A stretch of DNA of 64,000 nt from an uncultured Chloroflexia bacterium (GTDB lineage Bacteria > Chloroflexota > Limnocylindria > Limnocylindrales > CSP1-4): positions 224,001-288,000 of the forward strand of contig CAVVNQ010000003.1 in assembly GCA_963749705.1 (NCBI GenBank), written 5' to 3'. Of the stretch, positions 25,125 through 34,871 are shown piece by piece. Made by a program: the position numbers and the translations under genes. The notes beneath the pieces are model-generated. The model had not been told where the DNA came from, searched no databases, and saw nothing but the letters and a program-made list of their open reading frames with translations. Numbering within the stretch: the first letter of the stretch is position 1; the number at the start of each line of letters is the position of its first letter.

Positions 25125-26392
25125 GTCGATGGCGGTTCCGTTTCGCTCCGCTCGCTGGCAGCCGACGAGCTCGCGGCCGATGGCGTGCTTGCCGGAGATG
25201 GCGTGGCCGCGGCCTCCACCGCGGATCTTCGCACCGTCTGCGTCAGTCGGGGCGATATCCGGGACAGCGCTTCGTCGACGGACGCCGGCGGATCGCCGAC
25301 CCGATGGAACGCGTAGCGGAAGATGTCGCGTGACGCCGCCGCGATCGGAAGCGACACGATCGCCCCGAGGATCCCGCCGATGCTCGCCCCGACCACCAGG
25401 GCGAGCATGACCGCCGATGGATGCAGCTCGACGGCATCGCCCTGGATCTTGGGCACCAGGAGGTTGTTCTCGAGCAGCTGGATGGCCGCGTACAGGATCA
25501 GCGCGGCCACCAGGCCCGCGGGGCCGACGGTGAGGCCGATGAGCACCGCCGGGATCGCGGCGATGATCGGCCCGATGAACGGAACGAGCTCGAGCAACCC
25601 GGCGACGAGCGCCAGCAGGACCGCGTACCTGCCGAACACGGGATCCACGTACGCGGACAGCACGAGCAGGCCCCCATACGACATGATCCCGACCGTCGCC
25701 CCCAGGATCAGCTGGCCGCGGACCCAGTTCCCGAACACGCGATTGGCGATCGCGAACAGGGCAAACACGTCACCGCGCCAGGTGACGGGCAGGGCAGCCT
25801 CGAGCGACCCGGCCAGCCGGACCCGATCCTTGAGCAGGAAGAACAGCCAGGCCGGCAGGATGGCGTAGGCGGTGACCGTGCTCAGCAGGCTCACGATCGA
25901 GGTGACCAGTGGCGTCACGATCCCGCCGATATCGAGCGCGCCAAGGCCGTTGCCCGCGTTCTGCAGGGCGTTGTCGATCGCATCGCGCACGTCGGACGCC
26001 AGGTTGAGGCTCCGGTAGAAGTCGACGAGGCCATTGCGGATGTCGGTCGAGATCTGGGGCAGGTCGCTCACGAACAGCTGGACCTGGGCGATCAGCGGCG
26101 CGAGGGCGATGGCGCCAAGGGTGACGATCGCCCAGACGACGATCACGAACACGATCAGGACAGCGAGCCCGCGTGGGACGTGAAGCGCGGTCAGCCGGTC
26201 GACGAGCGGACCCAGGAGGTAGACCAGGAGCACGCCCAGCAGGAACGGCTTGATCGCGCCCGACGCGAGGAGCCCGACGACGACCAGGAGCGCGCCGGCC
26301 GCGATCGTGAGGGCCACGCGAGGGGTCGGCGCGGCCAGTCGCTGTCCGCGGCGCGCCCGTGGATCGACGTCGTACGCGACGGCTGGCTCCAT
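25121..26392 (-). CDS. AI-2E (PerM) family transporter
   Basis: WVRGQL, LELVPFIGP, QLLENNLLVPKIQG, LHP, GILGAIVSLP; ATG 26392. Confidence 0.88.
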   Translation of the reverse strand: MEPAVAYDVDPRARRGQRLAAPTPRVALTIAAGALLVVVGLLASGAIKPFLLGVLLVYLLGPLVDRLTALHVPRGLAVLIVFVIVVWAIVTLGAIALAPLIAQVQLFVSDLPQISTDIRNGLVDFYRSLNLASDVRDAIDNALQNAGNGLGALDIGGIVTPLVTSIVSLLSTVTAYAILPAWLFFLLKDRVRLAGSLEAALPVTWRGDVFALFAIANRVFGNWVRGQLILGATVGIMSYGGLLVLSAYVDPVFGRYAVLLALVAGLLELVPFIGPIIAAIPAVLIGLTVGPAGLVAALILYAAIQLLENNLLVPKIQGDAVELHPSAVMLALVVGASIGGILGAIVSLPIAAASRDIFRYAFHRVGDPPASVDEALSRISPRLTQTVRRSAVEAAATPSPASTPSAASSSAASERSETEPPST

Positions 26393-26411
26393 CCCCGGCA
26401 GACTAGCAGAC

Positions 26412-27209
26412 GTGACCGGCCATCCCGACACCGCACCTTCCCCCGTCGAACCCGCGCGGACACCGCGCGTCGCGGTCCAGCGTTGGCGGCTCGTGGTCGC
26501 CCGCACGGCCGGAGAAGGCGACGCCGCTCAGCGCCCGACGGCGGGCGGCTGGGACGACGCATTGCGAGCCTGCGACCTCCCGATCGCCGGCCTCGATGCG
26601 GGCGCGAGGCCGAAGGTCACGATCGCCGCTCCATTACCGCCCGGGATGCCCGGAGAGGCGGAGCTGGTCGACCTGTGGCTCGTCGAGCGACGGCCGGCTT
26701 GGCAGGTTCGAGCGGCGATCGAGGCATGCATCCCGGCCGGCTTCACCCTGCTCGACGCGTACGACGTGTGGCTCGGCGAAGGGTCGCTGCCCGGTCAGGT
26801 CGTGGCATCGGTCTATCGGGCACGGCTCGAGGTCGCGCGTGCGAACCATGCCTCGCTGCGGGAGGTCGTGGACGGGATCCTGCGCGCGCCATCGCTGCCG
26901 CGAGTCCGGCACAAGGGCGATCGGTCGGTGGCCTACGACCTGCGTCCGTTCGTTGCGACGATCGAGGTGATCGGAGCCACGTCGGGTGACGAGCTCGGCA
27001 TCCGGATGACCCTGCGACACGACTCGGAGAAGGGGATCGGCCGCCCGGAGGAGGTGATCGCCGAGATCGGCGATCGGCTCGGCGCTGCGGTCGTGGCGCG
27101 CGAGCTCGTGCGGGAACGGCTCGTGCTCGCCTCGGAGGAGGGACGCCCGCCGGCGGATGACGGCCGTTCGACCGCCGCACCGCACCGGTCCCGGCGACGT
27201 AGCGGATAA
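26412..27209 (+). CDS. TIGR03936/DUF2344 radical SAM-associated protein
   Basis: QRWRL, WDDALRACDLPIA, RPKVTIAAPLPPG...EAELVDLWL, YDLRP, GRPEEV; start uncertain. Confidence 0.75.
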   Translation: MTGHPDTAPSPVEPARTPRVAVQRWRLVVARTAGEGDAAQRPTAGGWDDALRACDLPIAGLDAGARPKVTIAAPLPPGMPGEAELVDLWLVERRPAWQVRAAIEACIPAGFTLLDAYDVWLGEGSLPGQVVASVYRARLEVARANHASLREVVDGILRAPSLPRVRHKGDRSVAYDLRPFVATIEVIGATSGDELGIRMTLRHDSEKGIGRPEEVIAEIGDRLGAAVVARELVRERLVLASEEGRPPADDGRSTAAPHRSRRRSG

Positions 27210-27251
27210 CTCCCAAGCGCAGGCCGCGCCCCCGGCGGCGGATGGCGACGC

Positions 27252-27291
27252 CACGCCGGCATGCTCGCGTTCACGCCGGCATGCTCGCGTT
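27252..27291 (+). repeat. Perfect 20-bp tandem duplication
   Basis: CACGCCGGCATGCTCGCGTT x2, ending in the rplU -35 box. Confidence 0.9.
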
Positions 27292-27319
27292 GACGGGTTC
27301 CGCGCTTCCCCCGTACACT
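27290..27319 (+). promoter_or_regulatory. Sigma70 promoter of rplU-rpmA-rpmE
   Basis: TTGACG, 18-nt spacer, TACACT. Confidence 0.7.
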
Positions 27320-27407
27320 CTCCCTTCGCGCCCGCGAACCGCTGGGCGCAATTTCTCCTGTCCGTGCTGCGGTACCCCGCGGCCGCCATCGAACGTTCCG
27401 AGGATCC

Positions 27408-28118
27408 ATGTACGCAGTCATCGAGACCGGCGGGAAGCAGTACCGCGTCGAGGTCGGCACCGAGCTCGAGGTCGAGCTGCTCGACGTCGAGGCCGGCCAG
27501 TCGATCACCCTTGAGCGCGTGCTCCTGGTCGCCGACGGAGCCGAGGCCGCCGTCGGCACGCCAGTCGTGGCCGAAGCCTCCGTCGAGGCCGAGGTCGTGG
27601 GCCGGGATCGCGGCGACAAGGTCATCGCGTTCAAGTACCGCCCGAAGGCACGCCGGCGCGTGAAGAAGGGCCATCGGCAGGACTACACCGTCCTGCGCAT
27701 CGCGGACATCCGGTTCAACGGCAAGAGCGCCGCTGCCGCGGCCGCGAAGGCAGAGGACACCCGGAAGACCGAGCGCCAGCGACTCCAGGATGCGGCGGCT
27801 CGCCAGGCCGCCGAGGATGCGGCGCTGGCCGCGAAGTTGGCGGTCGGTTCGGCGACGGCCGAGACGTCCGGGGAACCGACGGCCGAGCCCGCCCCCAAGC
27901 GAGCCCGCCCCAAGGCTTCGGACAAGAAGGAATCGGACAAGAAGGCTTCGGCGGCCGACGCGTCGGCCAAGGGCGCCGCGAAGAGCGGCACCAAGCCCGC
28001 GGCCAAGGCCAAGCCCGCGGCCAAGGCCAAGCCCGCCGCCAAGGCGGAGCCGGCAGATTCGGCCAAGCGCACCACCGGGGCGCCGCGCAAGCGGACCAGC
28101 ACCAAGAAGGACGACTAG
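27408..28118 (+). CDS. rplU: 50S ribosomal protein L21 with long Ala/Lys-rich C-terminal extension
   Basis: MYAVIETGGKQYRV...KKGHRQDYT, then about 130 extra aa including KPAAKA x3. Confidence 0.96.
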   Translation: MYAVIETGGKQYRVEVGTELEVELLDVEAGQSITLERVLLVADGAEAAVGTPVVAEASVEAEVVGRDRGDKVIAFKYRPKARRRVKKGHRQDYTVLRIADIRFNGKSAAAAAAKAEDTRKTERQRLQDAAARQAAEDAALAAKLAVGSATAETSGEPTAEPAPKRARPKASDKKESDKKASAADASAKGAAKSGTKPAAKAKPAAKAKPAAKAEPADSAKRTTGAPRKRTSTKKDD

Positions 28119-28121
28119 GCG

Positions 28122-28406
28122 ATGGCGCACAAGAAGGCAGGCTCAAGCTCCAAGAACGGGCGCGACAGCGTCGGCCAGCGGCTGGGCGTGAAGGCCGGTG
28201 ACGGCCAGCTCGTCACGGCGGGCTCGATCATCGTCCGCCAGCGCGGGATGACCTTCAAGGCCGGCGAGGGTGCCGGGCTGGGCCACGACTACACGGTCTT
28301 CGCGACCGTCGACGGGCACGTGCGCTTCGAGCACGAGACCCGGAACAAGAAGCGGATCCGGGTCGTCCCGGTCGAGGCCGCGGAGGCGATCCCGGCCGAG
28401 GCGTGA
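28122..28406 (+). CDS. rpmA: 50S ribosomal protein L27
   Basis: [16 protein letters not shown]...RLGVK...GSIIVRQRG. Confidence 0.97.
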   Translation: MAHKKAGSSSKNGRDSVGQRLGVKAGDGQLVTAGSIIVRQRGMTFKAGEGAGLGHDYTVFATVDGHVRFEHETRNKKRIRVVPVEAAEAIPAEA

Positions 28407-28479
28407 CCGCGCGCACCGATCAGCAGCGGCGACCACCGGCGGGCAGACGTCCCGAGCGGACGGCGTCGAAGGAGCACCA

Positions 28480-28692
28480 GTGAAAACCGATACCCATCCC
28501 AAGTACTTCCAGGCCAAGGTCCATTGCGGCTCGTGCGGGACCGAGTTCGAGGTCGGGTCGACCCGGGAGGAGCTGCGCATCGACGTGTGCAGCAACTGCC
28601 ACCCGTTCTTCACGGGCAAGCAGAACATCATCGACACGGCCGGTCAGGTCGAGCGGTTCCAGCGCCGGATGGAGCGCCAGGCTCGCGCCTGA
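28480..28692 (+). CDS. rpmE: 50S ribosomal protein L31 (Zn-binding C+ form)
   Basis: MKTDTHPKY...CGSCG...CSNCHPFFTGKQ; GAAGGAG RBS before GTG 28480. Confidence 0.96.
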   Translation: MKTDTHPKYFQAKVHCGSCGTEFEVGSTREELRIDVCSNCHPFFTGKQNIIDTAGQVERFQRRMERQARA

Positions 28693-28716
28693 GGCATCAC
28701 CCCACCCAGGACAGCA

Positions 28717-28741
28717 ACGGCCCCGCCACTGGCGGGGCCGT
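28717..28741. terminator. GC-rich hairpin between convergent rpmE and ABC permease
   Basis: ACGGCCCCGCCA-C-TGGCGGGGCCGT inverted repeat; no long U tract. Confidence 0.65.
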
Positions 28742-28841
28742 CCTGATTCGTGGCGCTCCTCGCCTGGAGTCCGTGGCGCGAGCCGTCAGCGTGCAGTTCC
28801 TCGCGCTACGTGCGCTGCCGCCCGCAGCCCGGCCGGCTTCG

Positions 28842-29615
28842 TCACAGCTCCCGCCGGCGGAAGCCGGCCAGCGCTCCGACCAGCGTCAGGCCGACGAGCA
28901 CCGCCGTCCCCAGGATGGCCGTGCCGAGGCGCCCCCCATCCAGGTTCGCCGTGGAGCCCGCCGCCAGCTGGATCGCGGGGACGGACAGGCCGCTCGGCAG
29001 GAAGCGGTCGAGCACGGGCACGATCGCGGCGATGCTGACCACGATCCAGGCGGCAAAGCCGAGCCCTGCGGCGGCCGTGGTCGATGCCGTTGCGGCGGAG
29101 GCGAGGAACGTGATGCCCGCCCACGCCATCAGCGCGAGCCACGAGAGCACGGCCATCGCCACCCAGCCCCCGACCGGGAGCGGCTCGAACAGGACGGCGG
29201 TGTAGATCCAGGCCGCGACGACCGCCACGCCCGTGGACACCGCGAGCACCGCGCCGATGGCGACGAGCTTCGCCACCAGGAACGCGGGTCGCGTGACCGG
29301 CTGGGCGAGCACGAGCGCCGCCGTCCCGTGGTCGAGCTCGCCAGACACGCTGCCCATCGCGAGCGCGATCGCGGCGAGGGCGCCCATCTGGGCCAGGTTC
29401 TTCTGCAGCTGGGCCAGGGCATCGGCGGCAACCGGTGTCGGAATGGGCACCGTCAGCTGGTCGCCGAGGGCGGCCTTGAGGATGTCCGGCAGGTACTTCG
29501 CGGTCAGTGGCGAGATCATGCCCACCACGAGGAACAGCACGGCGAGGACCGGCAGCCGGCGTGTCCGCCATGCCTCGATCAGCTCCTTGCGTACCAGGAT
29601 CCCGAATCCGTTCAT
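28842..29615 (-). CDS. ABC-2 type exporter permease (YxlG-like)
   Basis: KELIEAWRT, ELDHGTAALVLAQPVTRPAFLVAK; about 6 TM helices; ATGA overlap with the ATPase. Confidence 0.85.
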   Translation of the reverse strand: MNGFGILVRKELIEAWRTRRLPVLAVLFLVVGMISPLTAKYLPDILKAALGDQLTVPIPTPVAADALAQLQKNLAQMGALAAIALAMGSVSGELDHGTAALVLAQPVTRPAFLVAKLVAIGAVLAVSTGVAVVAAWIYTAVLFEPLPVGGWVAMAVLSWLALMAWAGITFLASAATASTTAAAGLGFAAWIVVSIAAIVPVLDRFLPSGLSVPAIQLAAGSTANLDGGRLGTAILGTAVLVGLTLVGALAGFRRREL

Positions 29616-31015
29616 GCCACGGCCTCATGCGTCTCGCCGGTCAGGCGGAGGAACACGTCCTCGAGCGTCGGTCGGGCCCGAGCCACCGAGAGCACGCTCA
29701 GACCCTCCGCGGCGATCGCCGGCAACAGCTCGCGTCCCGCGGTTGCGGGGTCCGAGACGGCGACCGTGAGCAGCCCGTGCTCGATGCTCGTGTCGGTCAC
29801 CCAGGTCAGGCCACGCAGCCGTGCCGCAAGCGCCTCGAGCGCCCCCGGCTGGCCCGGCTCCGCCTCGATGCGGTAGACGGGCAGCGCATACCGGTCCAGC
29901 AGCGCTGCCAGCGGGCCCTCGACGACCAGGCGTCCGTGCGCGAGGATGCCGACGCGATCGCAGATCCGCTCGACATCGGCAAGCACGTGGGTCGAGAACA
30001 GGACGGTGATCTCGCCTCGCAGGTCGGCGATCAGGTTGAGCACGTCGCGGCGCCCTTCCGGGTCGAGCGCGCTCACGGGCTCGTCGAGGATGACGACCGG
30101 TGGCCGGTGGACGAGGGCGCCGGCGATCCCGAGCCGCTGGCGCATGCCGCCCGAGTACGTCCCGGCATGCCGGTCCGCGGCACCCGCGAGATCCACCCGA
30201 GCGAGCGCGTCCGCGACGGCGTGCTCGAGGTTGGATCCGTCGAGCCCGTGCAGCCGGCCGAGCAGTCGGAGCTGCTCGCGACCCGTCAGGTAGCCATAGG
30301 CGCGGGGATCCTGCTCCAGGTATCCGAGCCGGCGTCGGACGGCGATCCCGTCCGAGGCGACCGCGAGGCCGGCAACCGTCGCGCTGCCGCCGGTCGCACG
30401 GGTCATGCCGGCCAGGAGGCGGAGGCAGGTGGTCTTGCCGGCGCCGTTCGGGCCCAGCAGGCCGAACACGGAGCCGGATGGGACGACCATCGTCAGCGCA
30501 TCGAGGGCAAGGACGCCACCCGGGTAGCGCTTGCTGAGAGCTTCGACCTCGATCGCGGGTGGGCCGTCCGGCAACGGCACGCCGGCGTCGCGGACGGACG
30601 CCCCAACGGGTTCGGGCGACACGGCCGGCCGGTCTGCCGGCGCGCCGGCCCCGGCCGCCGAACCCACGGCCGCGCCCCCGGAACCGCCCACGGGATCTCG
30701 AAGCGGGGTTCCCTCGGGGCTCACGACCAGCGGGGGGTCGTGCGGGCTGCCCCAGCCGGGCATCGCACCGGGTCCGGGCGCCTTTGGCTCCGGAACGCCG
30801 TCGACGCGGCCGACCAGGAGGTACAGGATCGGGCCGATCAGGTTGACGAACACGATCACGACGGCCCACAGGCCCTTGTTGCCGCCGCGAACCACGCGAT
30901 CGTCGCGGAGCAGGTCGATCACCGCGAACACGAGCAGCCCAAGCTCGAGGAGCACCAGCGGGACGAGCAGCAGCAGCAGCTCCGGGGTGAGCATGTCCAG
31001 CCCACCAATGCTCAC
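29612..31015 (-). CDS. ABC exporter ATPase with N-terminal PLDc_N (YxlE-like) membrane hairpin
   Basis: N-term LLVFAVIDLLR...KGLWAVVIVFVNLIGPILYLLVGR; Pro/Gly/Ala linker; GPNGAGKTT, YSGGMRQR, LDEP, STH; GGAGG RBS before GTG 31015. Confidence 0.85.
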   Translation of the reverse strand: MSIGGLDMLTPELLLLLVPLVLLELGLLVFAVIDLLRDDRVVRGGNKGLWAVVIVFVNLIGPILYLLVGRVDGVPEPKAPGPGAMPGWGSPHDPPLVVSPEGTPLRDPVGGSGGAAVGSAAGAGAPADRPAVSPEPVGASVRDAGVPLPDGPPAIEVEALSKRYPGGVLALDALTMVVPSGSVFGLLGPNGAGKTTCLRLLAGMTRATGGSATVAGLAVASDGIAVRRRLGYLEQDPRAYGYLTGREQLRLLGRLHGLDGSNLEHAVADALARVDLAGAADRHAGTYSGGMRQRLGIAGALVHRPPVVILDEPVSALDPEGRRDVLNLIADLRGEITVLFSTHVLADVERICDRVGILAHGRLVVEGPLAALLDRYALPVYRIEAEPGQPGALEALAARLRGLTWVTDTSIEHGLLTVAVSDPATAGRELLPAIAAEGLSVLSVARARPTLEDVFLRLTGETHEAVA

Positions 31016-31285
31016 GATGCACCTCCGATTCGCCGGTGGTCGGGATCGGACCTCCAGTCGCGCCGTGCGCACAAGACGATGGCCGTGCCGCCGGGACCGC
31101 GGGCGATGCCATCTGATCGCACGCGTACATCATGCCGCGCGCGGGGCGCCCTCGCCCGTCGGCGGCGACGCCGGGCGCCGGGCGGCCACCATCCCCGACC
31201 CGATCCCGGGGGCCGCGCTGGTAGACTCGATCCGTCCGCCGGACGCCTCGGCGGCGGTTCCCATTCGACGTCCCGAAGGAGCTCC

Positions 31286-32104
31286 ATGACCGACGATCGC
31301 GAGCGATGGGCCCTCATTCTCGGCGCGTCATCGGGCATGGGCGAGGCCACCGCCCTGGCGCTGGCCGGGGCCGGCTACCGCGTCGCCGGCGTGCACCTCG
31401 ACTTCCGCGCCGCGCTCGCCCACGTCGAGGAGGTCAAGGGCCGCATCGCCGCCGCGGGCTCCGAGGCGCTGTACATCAACATGAACGCGGCCGATGACGA
31501 CAAGCGTGCCGTGGCGCTCCAGACGCTGCGCGAGCGCTTCGACCGCTCGCGCGCCGAGGGTCGCCACCCGTACATCCGGGTCGTGATGCACTCGCTCGCG
31601 TTCGGCTCGCTGGTGCCGTTCCTGACCGAGGATCCAAAGGCCGGCGTCGATCGGAAGAAGATGGAGATGACCCAGGACGTGATGGCGAACAGCCTCGTGT
31701 ACTGGGTCCAGGACCTGTGGCGCGGGGGCTTCCTCGAGTCGGGCTCGAAGATCTTCGCGATGACGTCCGAGGGTTCGACCCGGGTCGTTCCCAGCTACGG
31801 GGTCGTGTCCTCGGCGAAGGCGGCGCTCGAATCCCACATCCGCCAGCTCGCGATGGAGCTTGCCCGGCTGGGAACGGGGGTCACGGCGAACTCGATCCGC
31901 GCGGGCGTCACCCTGACCCCGGCGCTGATGAAGATCCCCGAGAAGGACGCGATCATCGAGGCGGCGACGCGCCGCAACCCGACCGGCCGGATGACCACGC
32001 CGCAGGACGTTGCCAGGGCAATCCTCGCGTTGTCGGGCGATGGGACGGAGTTCATCAACGGCGAGGTCATCGGCGTCGACGGCGGCGAGTTCGTCACCGG
32101 GTAG
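31286..32104 (+). CDS. SDR oxidoreductase, enoyl-ACP reductase FabL-like
   Basis: GASSGMG, YGVVSSAK (Y-x6-K), AKAALE, GEVIGVDGG; GAAGGAG RBS. Confidence 0.8.
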   Translation: MTDDRERWALILGASSGMGEATALALAGAGYRVAGVHLDFRAALAHVEEVKGRIAAAGSEALYINMNAADDDKRAVALQTLRERFDRSRAEGRHPYIRVVMHSLAFGSLVPFLTEDPKAGVDRKKMEMTQDVMANSLVYWVQDLWRGGFLESGSKIFAMTSEGSTRVVPSYGVVSSAKAALESHIRQLAMELARLGTGVTANSIRAGVTLTPALMKIPEKDAIIEAATRRNPTGRMTTPQDVARAILALSGDGTEFINGEVIGVDGGEFVTG

Positions 32105-32142
32105 CACGGCGTAGGGCGCCGCACGGAGAGGGAGACGGGCCC

Positions 32143-33201
32143 ATGAGTGGCAGGGTCCTCATCGTCGGATCGGTGAACGTGGACCTGGTGGTCCAGGGCG
32201 AGCGGCTGCCGCTGCCCGGGGAAACGGTCGTGGGCGGTACCTTCACGCGGTTTCACGGCGGCAAGGGTGGCAACCAGGCGGTCGCGGCCGCGCGTCTCGG
32301 CGTCCCGGTGATGCTCGTGGCGGCCCTCGGCGACGATGCGTTCGGATCGGAGGCGCGAGCGGCGCTTGCGCGCGAGGGTATCGGCACCGACGTGCTGGTC
32401 ACGCTCGACGAGACGGCGACCGGCGTCGCCCTGATCCTGGTCGACGCCAAGGCGGAGAACCAGATCGCGGTTGCGCCCGGCGCGAACGCGGGATTGACGG
32501 CCGCCCATGTCCGCGAGGCGCTCAGGCGCCTGGCACCCCACACGGGCGATGTCGTGATCGTCACCCACGAGATCACGACGGCCGCCGCCCGTGAGGCGCT
32601 CCGGCTCGGCCGCGAGGGCGGGGCGTGGACCGTCCTCAACCCGGCCCCCGCGGACGGCCTCGATCGGTCCGTGCTGTCGCTGGCCGACGTCCTGACGCCG
32701 AACCGCGGCGAGCTGGCCCGTCTCGCCGCCGACGACGCGCGAAGGTCCGGGCGCCCGACCGCCGTCCCCGACGAGCCGGTCCGTGCCGCCAGGATGCTGC
32801 TCGAGGCGACAGCCGAAGGCCCCGGGGCGGGCGAGGCAATCCTCGTGTCGTTGGGACCCCGAGGCGCCGTCCTGGTCCGTCGGGACGGACCGCCGGTGGA
32901 CATCAAGGCGCCACGGGTCAAGGCCGTCGATGCCACCGGGGCCGGGGATGCGCTCAACGGCGCCCTCGCAGCAGCGCTGGCCACCGGTGTCGGCCTCGAG
33001 GGCGCCGCGCGGCGAGCGGTGATGGCGGCAAGCATCTCAGTCACGCGTGCGGGCGCTCGCGAGGGGATGCCGACGCTGGCCGAGCTCGAGGCTGCGCTGG
33101 GCCAGGCCAGCCCGCGGACCGCCGCTGCGCCGGGACCGGACGACGGTGACGTCGCGGACACCGCCTCAGCGCCGGGCCCGAACGGGGACACGGCTGCCTG
33201 A
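32143..33201 (+). CDS. rbsK: Ribokinase (PfkB family)
   Basis: GSVNVD, GGKGGNQAVAAARLG, LNPAP, DATGAGD. Confidence 0.85.
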   Translation: MSGRVLIVGSVNVDLVVQGERLPLPGETVVGGTFTRFHGGKGGNQAVAAARLGVPVMLVAALGDDAFGSEARAALAREGIGTDVLVTLDETATGVALILVDAKAENQIAVAPGANAGLTAAHVREALRRLAPHTGDVVIVTHEITTAAAREALRLGREGGAWTVLNPAPADGLDRSVLSLADVLTPNRGELARLAADDARRSGRPTAVPDEPVRAARMLLEATAEGPGAGEAILVSLGPRGAVLVRRDGPPVDIKAPRVKAVDATGAGDALNGALAAALATGVGLEGAARRAVMAASISVTRAGAREGMPTLAELEAALGQASPRTAAAPGPDDGDVADTASAPGPNGDTAA

Positions 33202-33285
33202 CGCCCGGCTGGCGACGCGCCCGGCATCGGGGCCCGCACCCGGCCCTGCGCCTTCCGCCCGATCGCCGGCGGCCGACCTCCGACG

Positions 33286-34266
33286 CTACCCGAGTCGATC
33301 CTCGGCCACCCAGGCGCTGCGCACCCGAGCCTCGGGCGTCATGCCCAGGTGGCCCGCGTCGTCGACCCACCAGGCGGCGATCCCGCGCGCGCGCGCTTCG
33401 TCGCCGATCGCGCCGCGGCCGGCCAGGAACAGGGCCTTGGTCCACACCTCGGACCAGGCGGGGTCGGCGCCAGCGACCGTGACCGCGACGAGCCCGGTCC
33501 GCGCCGGCTCGCCGGTCCGGGGGTCGACGAGGTGATGAACCGGCCGGCCATCGGGCCCGATCCAGTTCCGGACCCTGATCGATGACGTCGCGATCGCCCC
33601 GTCATGGAGCGCGGCAACCGCGATCGGCGCCGCATGCGGACCCGGGTCCGCGACGGGATCCTCGATCCCGACCAGCCAGCCCGGCCCGGGCGGGATCCCC
33701 GCCGCGACGACGTCTCCACCAGCCTCGAGCATCACGCCGGCACCGTCGGGCAGGGCCGCGATCGCAGCTGCGGCCGCCCAGCGAAGCGCGAGTCCCTTGC
33801 CCACGCCGCCCATGTCCAGCGGGGCCTCCGGGACCACCACCGGGAACCGCGCATCGGGGTTCGCCACCGCCACCGACGGAGCCGCTCCCGGCGGATCGAG
33901 GGCTGCGCCGCGCTCGCCGATCCGCTCGAGCGTCGTGAGGACCCGGGCATCGAAGCGGCCGCCGGTCAAGCGGCCGGCGCGGTGCACCATGGCCAGTGCC
34001 GTGCGCAGGCGCCCCGACACGCGGACCACCTGGCGCGTTCCCGCGACCCGGTTGAGCGCCGTGAGCTCGCTGTCGGCCCGAAACCGCGACAGTGCGATGT
34101 CGACGGCATCGAACTCCGACCACACCCGGTCCCAGGCGACCCCGGCCAGCGCGTCGGCGTCACGCCCGGGGCGTTCTTCCATGCGGACCTGGAGGCGCAG
34201 GGCCGACCCCAGCGAGCGCGCGGCAAACCGCATGAGGCGGTCCGAATGCACCCCCACCGCCGCCAC
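33286..34266 (-). CDS. apbE: FAD:protein FMN transferase ApbE (no obvious signal peptide)
   Basis: LSRFRADSELTALN, DMGGVGKG, EAGGD, W.VGIEDP, AIATSS, HHLVDPRTGEP. Confidence 0.9.
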   Translation of the reverse strand: MAAVGVHSDRLMRFAARSLGSALRLQVRMEERPGRDADALAGVAWDRVWSEFDAVDIALSRFRADSELTALNRVAGTRQVVRVSGRLRTALAMVHRAGRLTGGRFDARVLTTLERIGERGAALDPPGAAPSVAVANPDARFPVVVPEAPLDMGGVGKGLALRWAAAAAIAALPDGAGVMLEAGGDVVAAGIPPGPGWLVGIEDPVADPGPHAAPIAVAALHDGAIATSSIRVRNWIGPDGRPVHHLVDPRTGEPARTGLVAVTVAGADPAWSEVWTKALFLAGRGAIGDEARARGIAAWWVDDAGHLGMTPEARVRSAWVAEDRLG

Positions 34267-34283
34267 GTTCGGCGCTCCCTGGA

Positions 34284-34871
34284 TCAGGGCACGCCCGAGG
34301 CGCCGGTGGTGGTGCTCGTCCTCGGGGGGCGGCTGCCGGACGAGCTGACCGTCACCTTGGGCAGGCTGATCCGCGTTGGCAGCGCCGCCGCCGATCCCTG
34401 GACCTCGGCGACCAGCGCCGCCAGGGCATCGAGCCTTGCCTCGTACGCCGTCACGGCCTCGCCCGTGCCGGCATACGACGTGCCGATGGTCTGCAGGTCG
34501 GCATCGGTCCGGTCGAGCGCCGCGGCGAGCGCGTCGTTCGCAGCCCGGGCGCGGGCCAGCGCCTCGACGTATGGCTGGTGGCGCGCGACGAGCTCGGCGT
34601 CGCTCTGCGCCTGGAGCCCGGCGACCCCGGCCAGCGCCACGGCATAGATTGCGGCCGAGGTCCCGAGCAGCATCCCGGCTCGCGCCGGCGTCGTGAGCCA
34701 GGCCTCCTTGCGTGCGGTCGCCGTACGCGCATGCGCTCCCGGTCGCGCATTCGTTCCGGATCGCCCGGGCGCCTCCCGTGCGGGCGCGTCATCGCGGATG
34801 GCACCGCCGCCCGGCCGCAGCCGCGTGGGGACGGGCAGGGCGATCGCGGGCAGGATTCGCTCAGTCGTCAT
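34284..34871 (-). CDS. Single-TM coiled-coil protein with C-terminal TGAS flavinylation motif
   Basis: TM AGMLLGTSAAIYAVALAGVAGL, Ala-rich heptads, ends RTSTTTGASGVP; directly upstream of apbE. Confidence 0.7.
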   Translation of the reverse strand: MTTERILPAIALPVPTRLRPGGGAIRDDAPAREAPGRSGTNARPGAHARTATARKEAWLTTPARAGMLLGTSAAIYAVALAGVAGLQAQSDAELVARHQPYVEALARARAANDALAAALDRTDADLQTIGTSYAGTGEAVTAYEARLDALAALVAEVQGSAAALPTRISLPKVTVSSSGSRPPRTSTTTGASGVP

